Origin: Saprospiraceae bacterium
GTDB taxonomy: Bacteria; Bacteroidota; Bacteroidia; Chitinophagales; Saprospiraceae
Assembly: GCA_020437045.1 (NCBI GenBank)
Contig: JAGQWV010000024.1
Location: 1 to 33,148 of the forward strand
Length of the DNA: 33,148 nt
Direction of reading: 5' to 3'
Shown: positions 1-8,295 of the stretch, piece after piece
How the letters are laid out: each line of letters begins with the position of its first letter
Numbering within the stretch: the stretch's first letter is position 1
Program-made: the position numbers and the translations under genes
The notes under the pieces: generated by a model
Told to the model about the DNA's origin: nothing
The model's input: the letters and a program-made list of their open reading frames with translations, nothing else
Databases searched by the model: none

Positions 1-345
1 AATCTCTTCTCCCTGCACGGTTGGTGCTTTGCCTTCATTAACTTCATCAGACATCACTTTACCCGGAATGATATGGTAAGACAATATCTGTACAAGCTGA
101 TCTTTGTTTTCCGGCATCAGCAAGGATTCCAGCGTACCCTGAGGTAATGCTGCAAATGCATCATTGGAAGGAGCAAAAACGGTATACTCGCTACCGTCGC
201 TGAGAACTGTCTCCAAATTAGCTACTTTGAATGCAGATACGAAAGTACTTAATTCCGAATTTGCTTCAGCCTGCTCTAAAATTCCCTGAGCCTGGATTGT
301 GAATACGCCCAACACCAAAAGAAGGGCTACCATTACGTGTTTCAT
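1..345 (-). CDS. Fasciclin (FAS1) domain protein with signal peptide; C-terminus lies beyond the left edge of the window
   Basis: Absent from the ORF track because it runs off the window. Minus-strand ATG at 343-345, open reading frame to position 1. My translation is MKHVMVALLLVLGVFTIQAQGILEQAEANSELSTFVSAFKVANLETVLSDGSEYTVFAPSNDAFAALPQGTLESLLMPENKDQLVQILSYHIIPGKVMSDEV... It shows a signal peptide and FAS1 hallmarks (TVFAPSNDAF, YHIIPG). Confidence 0.8.
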   Translation of the reverse strand, partial: MKHVMVALLLVLGVFTIQAQGILEQAEANSELSTFVSAFKVANLETVLSDGSEYTVFAPSNDAFAALPQGTLESLLMPENKDQLVQILSYHIIPGKVMSDEVNEGKAPTVQGEEI

Positions 346-598
346 AATCAAAAAGTTGTTTAGGTTATATAAAAAAAGTAATTCTAAAATACCATGCTAT
401 GTAGTCTCAGACATGAACATGCCTGTAAGAGATGAGTCCGTAAAAAAGAAAGGAGTGAATTCGTAGAAAAGAATATGATCAATAAACGACACTATTTGGA
501 GATTTGATATCTGCCAAATGTTAAATTTTGAAAAAAGAAGGTGAAAAATATCACACTGATATATCACTGAGGATAGAATCGCCAAATGGAATCTTTCA

Positions 599-1351
599 TC
601 AGTCAGATGATCGGTTAAGTTTCCGGTCGGTACTTAATGAAATGTCGGTAAATAAACTTTGATATCGCTGAGCCCCTAAGGTGTCCGCCTCCCAAATGTA
701 ACCGGTAAGTTGCGTAGGAAACTTTAATCCATCAAACCCCTTCCATCCATCATAGATGATGGCATTATATTTTTCTGCATTATTTTCATCAAAATAAGTC
801 ACCGAATAATTTAGTAACCTCAATAGGTGATCTTGATGATCAAACCATAAAATATACTGATCTTTTGGTGCCAGACCTACACTGTCTTCAAAAGTAACTT
901 TTATCCGGTCATATAATTTGCCATCAAACATTTTAGAACCCAGATCCTCATGAATGGTTCCGGGATCAGCCGTGACATAGGGAAGTGCGAAGAAATAAAA
1001 TTTCAGATTGTGATAAAACTGGGGGTTTTTTGCAAAGCTGTCGCGGTTCGGAAAGATCTGGACGGAGTCGCCAATGAAATCTACCGTATAGTGTCCGGGT
1101 TTTTCAATCCGTTCATCCCTGTTTTTTAGATCGACGGTATATTTTATCGTATCCTGAGCTCTTACTTCAGAAAAAAACAGTGTGCCGTAATTTCGCCAAT
1201 TGTTTAATCCACCGATATTTTCCAGACTTTGTCTAAAAGCTGCAGGAAAAACTTCTTGTGAATCTCTGGTCTCATTATTTTTAGGCACTTGACATTTACT
1301 AAATAAAATGCCTGTAAAAATAATCAACCATACAAATCTGAAGTGAATCAT
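599..1351 (-). CDS. Hypothetical lipoprotein with no family recognised by eye
   Basis: ORF track 599..1423, but the codon at 1421-1423 is TTG. The internal ATG at 1349-1351 gives MIHFRFVWLIIFTGILFSKCQ, a lipoprotein-type signal with a Cys. A TATATTTG box lies 26 nt upstream of this ATG. The composition looks coding, with aromatic-rich beta-type sequence. Confidence 0.6.
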   Translation of the reverse strand: MIHFRFVWLIIFTGILFSKCQVPKNNETRDSQEVFPAAFRQSLENIGGLNNWRNYGTLFFSEVRAQDTIKYTVDLKNRDERIEKPGHYTVDFIGDSVQIFPNRDSFAKNPQFYHNLKFYFFALPYVTADPGTIHEDLGSKMFDGKLYDRIKVTFEDSVGLAPKDQYILWFDHQDHLLRLLNYSVTYFDENNAEKYNAIIYDGWKGFDGLKFPTQLTGYIWEADTLGAQRYQSLFTDISLSTDRKLNRSSD

Positions 1352-1377
1352 TACTCGCCGGATATTAAATAGATTGG

Positions 1378-1385
1378 CAAATATA
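1378..1385 (-). promoter_or_regulatory. Candidate Bacteroidota -7 promoter box (TATATTTG on the minus strand) for the 599..1351 gene
   Basis: Plus-strand caaatata is the reverse complement of TAtaTTTG, matching the TAnnTTTG consensus. It sits 26 nt upstream of ATG 1351 and inside the rejected TTG-start extension. Confidence 0.3.
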
Positions 1386-1457
1386 TAATCAACTCTGCGA
1401 ATTAAATGTCTGGCACTAGACAAGATTTTTTATTTAACCGCATTAATCCCGAATTAA

Positions 1458-1491
1458 ATAAAAAAATCCCCAACCTGACCAGGCGGGGATT
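1458..1491 (-). terminator. Rho-independent terminator of the 1519..1935 lipoprotein gene
   Basis: The minus-strand transcript reads AAUCCCCGCCUGGUCAGGUUGGGGAUUUUUUUA. A 7-bp stem AATCCCC/GGGGATT (1465-1471 pairs with 1485-1491) has extra inner GC pairs and is followed by a run of 7 U. It lies 28 nt after the stop codon. Confidence 0.75.
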
Positions 1492-1518
1492 TCCATTTTT
1501 ATCAACCTTCAATCGAAA

Positions 1519-1935
1519 TTACATATCGATGTCCAGGGCTTTTATCGAATTTTCAACATTTTTTACCAATTGCTGAGATTGAGATTTCACTTCTTCCCAT
1601 CCGTCTTTCAAATCTCCATTTAATGCAGCCATCTGATTATTTAATTTTTCAGATTCTTTCTGCAATTTCATTTTGATATCTTCCAACTTTGCTTTAGTGG
1701 CATCATCAGCCGTTGATAATTTTTCGTCGATTTTAGCAATTTGATCGTTGAGATTCATTTGCGCTTTACTTAGCTCATCTTTAATCTCATTAACTTCTTG
1801 CTTCATCTTCATAGAAACTTCTTCCATCTTATCGTCGATGGTTGCTTCGGTATTCTTTTTGCCACTACAAGAGGCAAATAATGTAAGGGCTACCATAATA
1901 GCCAGTCCAGATACAAACTTAACCAGTGATTTCAT
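1519..1935 (-). CDS. Small coiled-coil lipoprotein (138 aa), function unknown
   Basis: ATG start at 1933-1935. The N-terminus MKSLVKFVSGLAIMVALTLFASCSGKK is a lipobox-type signal. The rest is K/E/Q/L-rich heptad-like sequence (EVNEIKDELSKAQMNLNDQIAKIDEKL...). A clear terminator follows. Confidence 0.7.
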   Translation of the reverse strand: MKSLVKFVSGLAIMVALTLFASCSGKKNTEATIDDKMEEVSMKMKQEVNEIKDELSKAQMNLNDQIAKIDEKLSTADDATKAKLEDIKMKLQKESEKLNNQMAALNGDLKDGWEEVKSQSQQLVKNVENSIKALDIDM

Positions 1936-2064
1936 AATGTTTTTGATACTTTTAGTTTATTGGACCATCGTTTAGGCCCGGTTTAATAAATAGTGATCCG
2001 GGTCTAATAACGCTGCGAACTGCGATTAAGTTTGGTAAGGCCTATCTTTTTTTTGCTGGCAGAA

Positions 2065-5000
2065 TTACCATCCAGGCACAAAATTTAATCCAAAAGTCCA
2101 CCCGGAAGAGCTCTGTAGCGGTCTGGCTAAATAGGGCTCCAGAATAAAAGCTCCAAAGAGATTCACCCGCAACGAAATACCCGTACTCATGATGGGTTTA
2201 GGATCAAAGGTCTCACCTTCCGCAAGATTCTGCCACGCCATTCCCACATCAAAGAAGGCCACTAAATCCGAAAGCAGAAATCCCGATTTGATCAGCGACA
2301 GTCGTTCCGGTCCGGTAAATGGTAATCTGATCTCGGCATTGGCTACTGCAATTTTTGATCCCTGAATATCAGAAATCGAAAGACCAAAGGTATCCAGATC
2401 AGCGACCGACACATTATTATACCCCCGTACGAGGGTAGGATCGATAATATAAATAGATCCCAACGGCCGGACATCCGCATCCTTACCATATCGGCCATAA
2501 TGCAATCCGCGCACACTGATATTAAACTTGTCAAACCAAAAATACTTGCGGGCATCAATTAACAAGGTGCGATAATTATAGTCACCGGTATACTGATCAA
2601 ACCCAACACGATAACGATATCCCTGCAAGGGCGATGTCAGTCCGAAGCTGCTATTGTCTCCCACCCAGGCAGCTCCTGCGCTATAAAGTCCAAACCCTGG
2701 TGACGTTTCCAATTTATTTCTGTCTTCACCAAGATAGGGCCCGGAATAGTAGTTGCCACTTCCATCGGGTATTGCCGCATAATACCGATTATATTCATCT
2801 GCCCGGAGACCATAATGTGTCCAGGCCAGATTTGCCTCTACCCGCATGGTACGCGAAAAAGCATATTGAGTCATTCCGGATATCGCATCGACAAAATAAC
2901 GCACCGTCGTATAGGGATAATTGATCGCGGTGATATTGCCCTGATTGGTTTCAATTTGGTCCAATCTACCGTAGTAATCGGAGGGATCAACATAACTGTA
3001 CCGATAGGGAATATGTGCCAGTGAAGCCCCATAGCCGATCTTCTTGCGGGTATTCATATAGAGTACCTGTCCACCAAAATCATAGATTTCACCATTTAGG
3101 GCCAGACTGGAGTAAATCTGATTGTAACCGAGTACATCACTGAACACCATATCAATACCTCCAACCAAGCCGGTACGGGTACCGAAGGTATTGCTGGTAC
3201 CAACCCCTACACCTCCGCCTCCGCCAAGATAATCCAGCTTAAACTTTGGCTTGTACTTCTGATTACGCAGATCCTCGCTACCAATGGTGGTTTGGCTATC
3301 GACATCATCCAACGCCTGATTTACGATATCTTTTCCATCGGTGGTACCTGGTGGTAACACCGCGGCTGTAAAATCGACGTCATGGGGATCTACAATCGTT
3401 TGGTCCATTTTATCGGGACGTGCTTTCTGCACATTATAGCTTTTACCCAGGTAATGTGTATAAAGCAAATTATCTCCATTTTTCGATACTGTAATGGCTG
3501 GGGTGTATTTCGTGATACCTGATACACCGGTGATAATATCTGTCAGCTGGATAAGCTTGTTCGAATCCATATTATATTGATAGATATTGCGAAATCCGTC
3601 GCGATCAGAAAGAAAATAGAGATTGTTGTTTTCATCCCATACCGGATTCATATTATTAGCTCCCGGGAAAATATCGAGATTTTTAATCTCTTTAGTTTCT
3701 AAATCCATGATTGCCAGATTGTATTTCCAGGCACCATCGGTCCGTCCTTCCGTCATACTAACGCGATCTGTGACGAAGGCAATTCTTTTACCATCATATG
3801 AATAAACCGGCTGTATCTCAGCAAAATCATCATTGGTGATTTGCTGCGTATTGTGTGATCTTAAATTGATTTCATATAAATCTGGCTGGCCATCCACAAG
3901 TCCATTGACAATAATGGACTTACCATCTGGCGACCAGGTAGGATTGCTAAATGCCGGTACATTTTTTAAGGGAAATTGATCAATAATTTTACCGGAGAGG
4001 GCATCGGTAATGACCAGCCGGTTTCTACCCTTGGTGAAGACGACGTAGGCAAACTCTTTACTATTCGGTGACCAGGTTCCGGCAGATTCCAGATAAGAAA
4101 GGTGGTCAATATTGCCACTCTTCGTTTGACTGAATACCTTACGGATAATCTTACCAGTTCGGACGTCGGCAAGGTAGAGATCCGTGGAAAAAATACTTTT
4201 CTCTGACAAGTAAATCACATAGCGTCCATTGGGACTAACGGAAGGAGCAATGTTTAGTTGGCCCGAGTTTTCCTCCGAGAGAAAGGTTGTCCCCTCAGGA
4301 TGTTCTTTTTTACCTTTAAAGAGTGGTTCGTAATAATTAATAAGCGACTTCTTCCACATTTCCGAGAGATCGTCCAGGCTGATACCCAGAACGAGGCGTG
4401 TCGAGTTTTCAATTCCAAATTTGGCTGTACTAATAAAAAAAGGTTTGATGATTTCATCACCATACAACCCCGTCAGAAACGACCAGAAAGCCTGACCGTA
4501 ACGGTAGGGAAAGTAGCGTGGATTGATCGACAGATCTTTCAAACTAGGTACATCTTCCGACAATACAGCGTTACGCATCCACATCGCGGTATGGGCATCT
4601 ACCCTTCCAATCGACATGTATTCTGCCAATCCTTCGACAACCCAAAGAGGAAGGTTTGCCAGTGACTGCATACCGGTACTATCTCCATTGAGTAACATAT
4701 GAAACTGAAAGGCATGAACCAATTCGTGTCCCAGCACCTGATAGGTCTGCTGGTTTGAAAAAGTAAGTGGCATGACCACTCTGTTCTTCAATCCTTCGGT
4801 AACCCCACCGGTACCAATACCTATAGAACCCGAAATAGCACTGGTCTGCTGGAAATCGGCATGATTGTTATAAATCACCAAAGGATTCTTTTCTGTGAAA
4901 GTATCCCTTAAGACATGCTCATGCATATCATACCATAATTCGGCCCACTGCATGATCCGCGTCAACTCCGAACGGTCCTGCAGATAATGGTAAACCTCAA

Positions 5001-5136
5001 AGTGGGGACTATTGACCACTTTAAAATCAAAATTGGTGTATCGTGGCTTATTTTGCCCGAAATATTGAGCAGAAGCCTGATTAAAAAAGAACAGGGAGAT
5101 TAGGATGATCAAGAAATGGATTCTCGTGCTACTCAT
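2065..5136 (-). CDS. Outer-membrane protein combining an N-terminal HExxH (MA-clan-like) metallopeptidase, PD40/TolB-like beta-propeller repeats and a C-terminal Omp85-type beta-barrel
   Basis: ORF track 2065..5175 starts at TTG. The ATG at 5134-5136 gives the signal peptide MSSTRIHFLIILISLFFFNQASAQ. HELVH is encoded at 4714-4728 (verified by reverse complement), with EGLAEY about 27 residues later. PD40-like repeats: SPNGRYVIYLSE, WSPNSKEFAYVV, WSPDGKSIIVNG, YSYDGKRIAFVTDR, WDENNNLYFLSDRDG. The C-terminal third carries the Omp85 loop-6 motif VRGY, then AEIRLPF...FFDVGMAW...GISLRVN, and ends in ...FVPGW (aromatic terminus). Confidence 0.85.
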   Translation of the reverse strand: MSSTRIHFLIILISLFFFNQASAQYFGQNKPRYTNFDFKVVNSPHFEVYHYLQDRSELTRIMQWAELWYDMHEHVLRDTFTEKNPLVIYNNHADFQQTSAISGSIGIGTGGVTEGLKNRVVMPLTFSNQQTYQVLGHELVHAFQFHMLLNGDSTGMQSLANLPLWVVEGLAEYMSIGRVDAHTAMWMRNAVLSEDVPSLKDLSINPRYFPYRYGQAFWSFLTGLYGDEIIKPFFISTAKFGIENSTRLVLGISLDDLSEMWKKSLINYYEPLFKGKKEHPEGTTFLSEENSGQLNIAPSVSPNGRYVIYLSEKSIFSTDLYLADVRTGKIIRKVFSQTKSGNIDHLSYLESAGTWSPNSKEFAYVVFTKGRNRLVITDALSGKIIDQFPLKNVPAFSNPTWSPDGKSIIVNGLVDGQPDLYEINLRSHNTQQITNDDFAEIQPVYSYDGKRIAFVTDRVSMTEGRTDGAWKYNLAIMDLETKEIKNLDIFPGANNMNPVWDENNNLYFLSDRDGFRNIYQYNMDSNKLIQLTDIITGVSGITKYTPAITVSKNGDNLLYTHYLGKSYNVQKARPDKMDQTIVDPHDVDFTAAVLPPGTTDGKDIVNQALDDVDSQTTIGSEDLRNQKYKPKFKLDYLGGGGGVGVGTSNTFGTRTGLVGGIDMVFSDVLGYNQIYSSLALNGEIYDFGGQVLYMNTRKKIGYGASLAHIPYRYSYVDPSDYYGRLDQIETNQGNITAINYPYTTVRYFVDAISGMTQYAFSRTMRVEANLAWTHYGLRADEYNRYYAAIPDGSGNYYSGPYLGEDRNKLETSPGFGLYSAGAAWVGDNSSFGLTSPLQGYRYRVGFDQYTGDYNYRTLLIDARKYFWFDKFNISVRGLHYGRYGKDADVRPLGSIYIIDPTLVRGYNNVSVADLDTFGLSISDIQGSKIAVANAEIRLPFTGPERLSLIKSGFLLSDLVAFFDVGMAWQNLAEGETFDPKPIMSTGISLRVNLFGAFILEPYLARPLQSSSGWTFGLNFVPGW

Positions 5137-5434
5137 TTGGGTACTGTTATTTAGATCTGAGCTTTTAAAACTCAATTTTAAGTTAAAAAAATTATATCCG
5201 GCTGGTTAAAAGATTCTTAAATGTTATTGGCCCTAAATCCTGCTACCTCGCTCACTATCAAATCTTTGAGAACAATTACCTGCCGGGCGGATTTCATAGA
5301 TCTCTGCTTAACTAAATAGACAATTCTTTCAGAAAAAAGGTTTGTTAGCCAGGGGCTTAGAACGGATTTTTTATAAAATCTTAGCACTATTTAACGAGTA
5401 TTTAAGAACAATCTCAAGATTTCAGGCATTGCCT

Positions 5435-5442
5435 TATCTTTG
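5435..5442 (+). promoter_or_regulatory. Candidate -7 promoter box (TATCTTTG) for clpB
   Basis: Exact TAnnTTTG match 53 nt upstream of the clpB ATG. No well-spaced -33 TTG was found. Confidence 0.3.
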
Positions 5443-5495
5443 GGAGTATATGCTTTCCTCCCCATAATGGGATGGTAAGACCAGAAAATTGAGAA

Positions 5496-8294
5496 ATGAC
5501 ATACGACAACTTTACGATTAAAGCTCAGGAAGCCATTTATAAAGCCCAGCAGATTGCCGGAAGTCTTGAACAGCAGCAGGTCGATACAACACATCTTTTA
5601 TTATCTATTCTCCGTACCGATGAACAATTGGCGGAATTTTTATTAAACAAGATGTCTATTGATCCGACCACACTTAAAGCGAGACTGGCTGATGAGGTCA
5701 AAAAATATCCAAAGGTAGAAGGTGCTGAAAAGCAATACTTAACCAATGATGCCAATCAGGCGCTTTCTGAGGCTAAAAAGATGTTAGCGGAATTTGGAGA
5801 TGAATATATCTCCATAGAGCTGATCCTCCTGGGTATGATGAAGGGTAAGAGTCGCGGAGCCATGCTATTGAAAGAAATGGGAGGTACAGAAAGTGTACTG
5901 CTGGCCGCCATCAAAGAACTTCGTAAAGGTAGAAAAGTCGTAGATCAGCAGTCTGATGACCAGTATAACGCCCTTAAGAAATATGCCATCAATCTCAACG
6001 AACGGGCGGAGAGTGGAAAACTGGATCCCATCATTGGCCGGGATGAGGAAATACGGCGTATCATGCACATCCTCTCCAGAAGAAAGAAAAATAATCCCAT
6101 TTTGGTCGGTGATGCAGGCGTGGGTAAAACGGCGATCGTAGAAGGTATCGCATGGCGTATTGTCAAACAGGATGTGCCGGAAAATTTGAGAACCAAAGGT
6201 ATCTATGTTCTTGACCTGGCAGCTTTGGTAGCTGGTGCTAAATATAAAGGAGAGTTTGAAGAGCGCATCAAGGCAGTAATTAAAGAAGTGAGCGCCTCTA
6301 ATGGAGATGTTATTTTATTTATTGATGAAATTCATTCACTGATTGGAGCAGGTGGAGGTCAGGGAGGAATGGATGCCGCCAACATTCTCAAGCCGGCATT
6401 AGCCCGGGGTGAATTAAGAGTAATTGGTGCCACCACTGCTGATGAATACCAAAAATATTTCGAAAAGGATAAAGCGCTAGTTCGAAGATTTCAGACCGTA
6501 TATATCGATGAACCATCGATAGAGGATACCATATCCATACTGCGCGGTGTACAGGAGAAATATGAAATGTATCATAAGATCGAAATACTTGATGAAGCGT
6601 TAATTGCTGCAGCAGAATTATCGCAGAGATACATCACCGAGCGCAAGCTACCCGATAAAGCATTTGATCTTATTGATGAAGCTGCTGCCAAGTTGAGACT
6701 TGAATTAGATTCAGTACCGGAAGAGATCGATGAGCTGGAGAGAAAGCTACAGCAAATGGAGATAGAGCGGGAAGTGATCAAAAGGGAAAACAACCAAAAA
6801 TCGCTGAAGGATCTGCAAGAACAAATAGCCAATAGTCGAGAAAGACTTGCTGGTGTAAGGGCCAGTTGGGAAAACGAAAAAAAAGTAGTTGACACCATTC
6901 AGAATATCCGGACCACTATAGAAGAATTGGAGCAAGAAGCCACGAAAGCGGAACGGGAAAGCAATTATGAGGAAGTGGCTAAAATACGCTATGGCTTAAT
7001 CAAGGAACAGGAAAAGCTCTTACAGGAAGCTGAAAAAAAACTGGAGGAGATCCCTGCCGAACAACGGTTTACCAACGAGGAAGTAACCGCGGCCGACATT
7101 GCCGAAGTAGTATCCCGGTGGACGGGAATTCCTGTGCAGAAAATGATGCAAAGCGAAAAGGTTAAACTGCTCCATTTGGAGGAAGAAATCGGCAAAAATC
7201 TCATCGGTCAACACGAAGCGGTAAGAGCCGTCAGTGACGCAGTGCGCCGCAGTCGAGCCGGACTGCAGGATCCAAAAAAACCGATCGGATCTTTCATTTT
7301 TCTAGGTCCTACCGGAGTGGGAAAAACGGAGCTGGCCAAAACCCTGGCAGCTGTACTTTTCAATGATGAAAAAGCTATTACCCGGATTGACATGAGCGAA
7401 TATCAGGAGAAACATGCTGTTTCACGCCTGGTAGGAGCCCCTCCCGGATATGTGGGTTACGATGAAGGTGGACAATTGACGGAGGCGGTACGTCGAAGAC
7501 CATACAGTATTGTATTGCTGGATGAGATAGAGAAGGCACACCCCGATACATTTAACATACTCTTGCAAGTACTTGACGATGGTCGACTCACCGATAATAA
7601 AGGCCGGGAAGCAAATTTTAAAAATACCATCATCATCATGACCTCCAACATGGGGTCAGATATCATCCTGGAAAATTTTGAGGATCTGGAAGAAGTGGGT
7701 GATGAGCACCGGGAAGAAATAATTGAAACCACGAAGGAAGAAGTTTTCAACAAACTGAAAGAGCAACTCCGACCCGAATTTCTCAATCGGATTGATGAAC
7801 GGATCATGTTTTTGCCGCTCACCAGAGACGAAATCAAACAGATCGCCAAATTATTACTGAAAAAAGTACAGAAGAACCTGCAATACCAGGATCTTAAAAT
7901 TCAGTTGAGTGAAGATGCCCTGGATCTTTTAGCAGATTTGGGTTATGATCCGTTATTTGGAGCCAGGCCTTTAAAAAGGGTAATTGAAAAAGAATTAGTT
8001 AACGAACTGGCAAAGCAGGTACTGTCCGGAGCTTTTACCCCTGGAGAAACAATCTATATCGACACGGAGAACCGGCATTTGACCTTTAGTGAGAAGCCCT
8101 TTGACCCCAGTAAGAAAAAAGAAGAAATTGAAGCTCCCCAACCGGAGAAGGAAGAAGGTCACAGCCGGCGATCACGCCGACGAAAACGTCAGGTAGAAGA
8201 TCTGGAAAAAGCCACAAAAGATGTAGAAGAGGCTACCAGTGCTCTCAAAGAAAAACAAGATAAAGGTCCGGATACACAATTGGAAGGCCAATAG
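5496..8294 (+). CDS. clpB: ATP-dependent chaperone/disaggregase ClpB with a 65-aa charged C-terminal extension
   Basis: 932 aa. It has a Clp N-domain and two AAA+ modules with Walker A motifs GDAGVGKT and GPTGVGKT. A long coiled-coil middle domain lies between them. Other motifs seen: [11 protein letters not shown] and GARPLKR. Confidence 0.97.
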   Translation: MTYDNFTIKAQEAIYKAQQIAGSLEQQQVDTTHLLLSILRTDEQLAEFLLNKMSIDPTTLKARLADEVKKYPKVEGAEKQYLTNDANQALSEAKKMLAEFGDEYISIELILLGMMKGKSRGAMLLKEMGGTESVLLAAIKELRKGRKVVDQQSDDQYNALKKYAINLNERAESGKLDPIIGRDEEIRRIMHILSRRKKNNPILVGDAGVGKTAIVEGIAWRIVKQDVPENLRTKGIYVLDLAALVAGAKYKGEFEERIKAVIKEVSASNGDVILFIDEIHSLIGAGGGQGGMDAANILKPALARGELRVIGATTADEYQKYFEKDKALVRRFQTVYIDEPSIEDTISILRGVQEKYEMYHKIEILDEALIAAAELSQRYITERKLPDKAFDLIDEAAAKLRLELDSVPEEIDELERKLQQMEIEREVIKRENNQKSLKDLQEQIANSRERLAGVRASWENEKKVVDTIQNIRTTIEELEQEATKAERESNYEEVAKIRYGLIKEQEKLLQEAEKKLEEIPAEQRFTNEEVTAADIAEVVSRWTGIPVQKMMQSEKVKLLHLEEEIGKNLIGQHEAVRAVSDAVRRSRAGLQDPKKPIGSFIFLGPTGVGKTELAKTLAAVLFNDEKAITRIDMSEYQEKHAVSRLVGAPPGYVGYDEGGQLTEAVRRRPYSIVLLDEIEKAHPDTFNILLQVLDDGRLTDNKGREANFKNTIIIMTSNMGSDIILENFEDLEEVGDEHREEIIETTKEEVFNKLKEQLRPEFLNRIDERIMFLPLTRDEIKQIAKLLLKKVQKNLQYQDLKIQLSEDALDLLADLGYDPLFGARPLKRVIEKELVNELAKQVLSGAFTPGETIYIDTENRHLTFSEKPFDPSKKKEEIEAPQPEKEEGHSRRSRRRKRQVEDLEKATKDVEEATSALKEKQDKGPDTQLEGQ

Positions 8295-8295
8295 A

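Noticed and set aside
397-585. A 62-aa ORF lies in the spacer between the fasciclin gene and the 599..1351 gene.
   Set aside because: It starts at TTG, its product is Phe/Ile-rich as expected from AT-rich non-coding DNA, and it has no motif or promoter box.
1977-2002. A hairpin CCCGG-N16-CCGGG lies downstream of the protease-Omp85 gene.
   Set aside because: It has only 5 bp, a 16-nt loop and no U-tract on either strand, so it is not convincing as a terminator.
5381-5407. The sequence TTAGCACT upstream of clpB matches the left arm of the HrcA CIRCE operator (TTAGCACTC-N9-GAGTGCTAA).
   Set aside because: The right arm is poor at any spacing (GAGTATTTA at best, with a 6-nt rather than 9-nt spacer). 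An exact 8-mer is expected about once by chance in a window this size, and CIRCE normally controls groESL and dnaK rather than clpB.
5461-5471. An 11-bp palindrome, CCCATAATGGG, lies 25 nt before the clpB start codon.
   Set aside because: It is short and would fall within the probable 5' UTR. Its single-nucleotide centre precludes an RNA hairpin, and there is no supporting evidence.
5537-7849. Many antisense or out-of-frame ORFs lie inside clpB (for example 6572..6898 and 7457..7849). Similar ones occur inside the protease gene (4258..4665), ruvA (16774..17133), sprA (17538..17843, 21240..21548 and others), ald (30347..30646, 30839..31099) and the receptor gene (32191..32511).
   Set aside because: They sit entirely within strongly supported long genes. 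Their composition is low-complexity Ser/Leu/Cys/Phe-rich, typical of shadow frames, and none has a recognisable motif.
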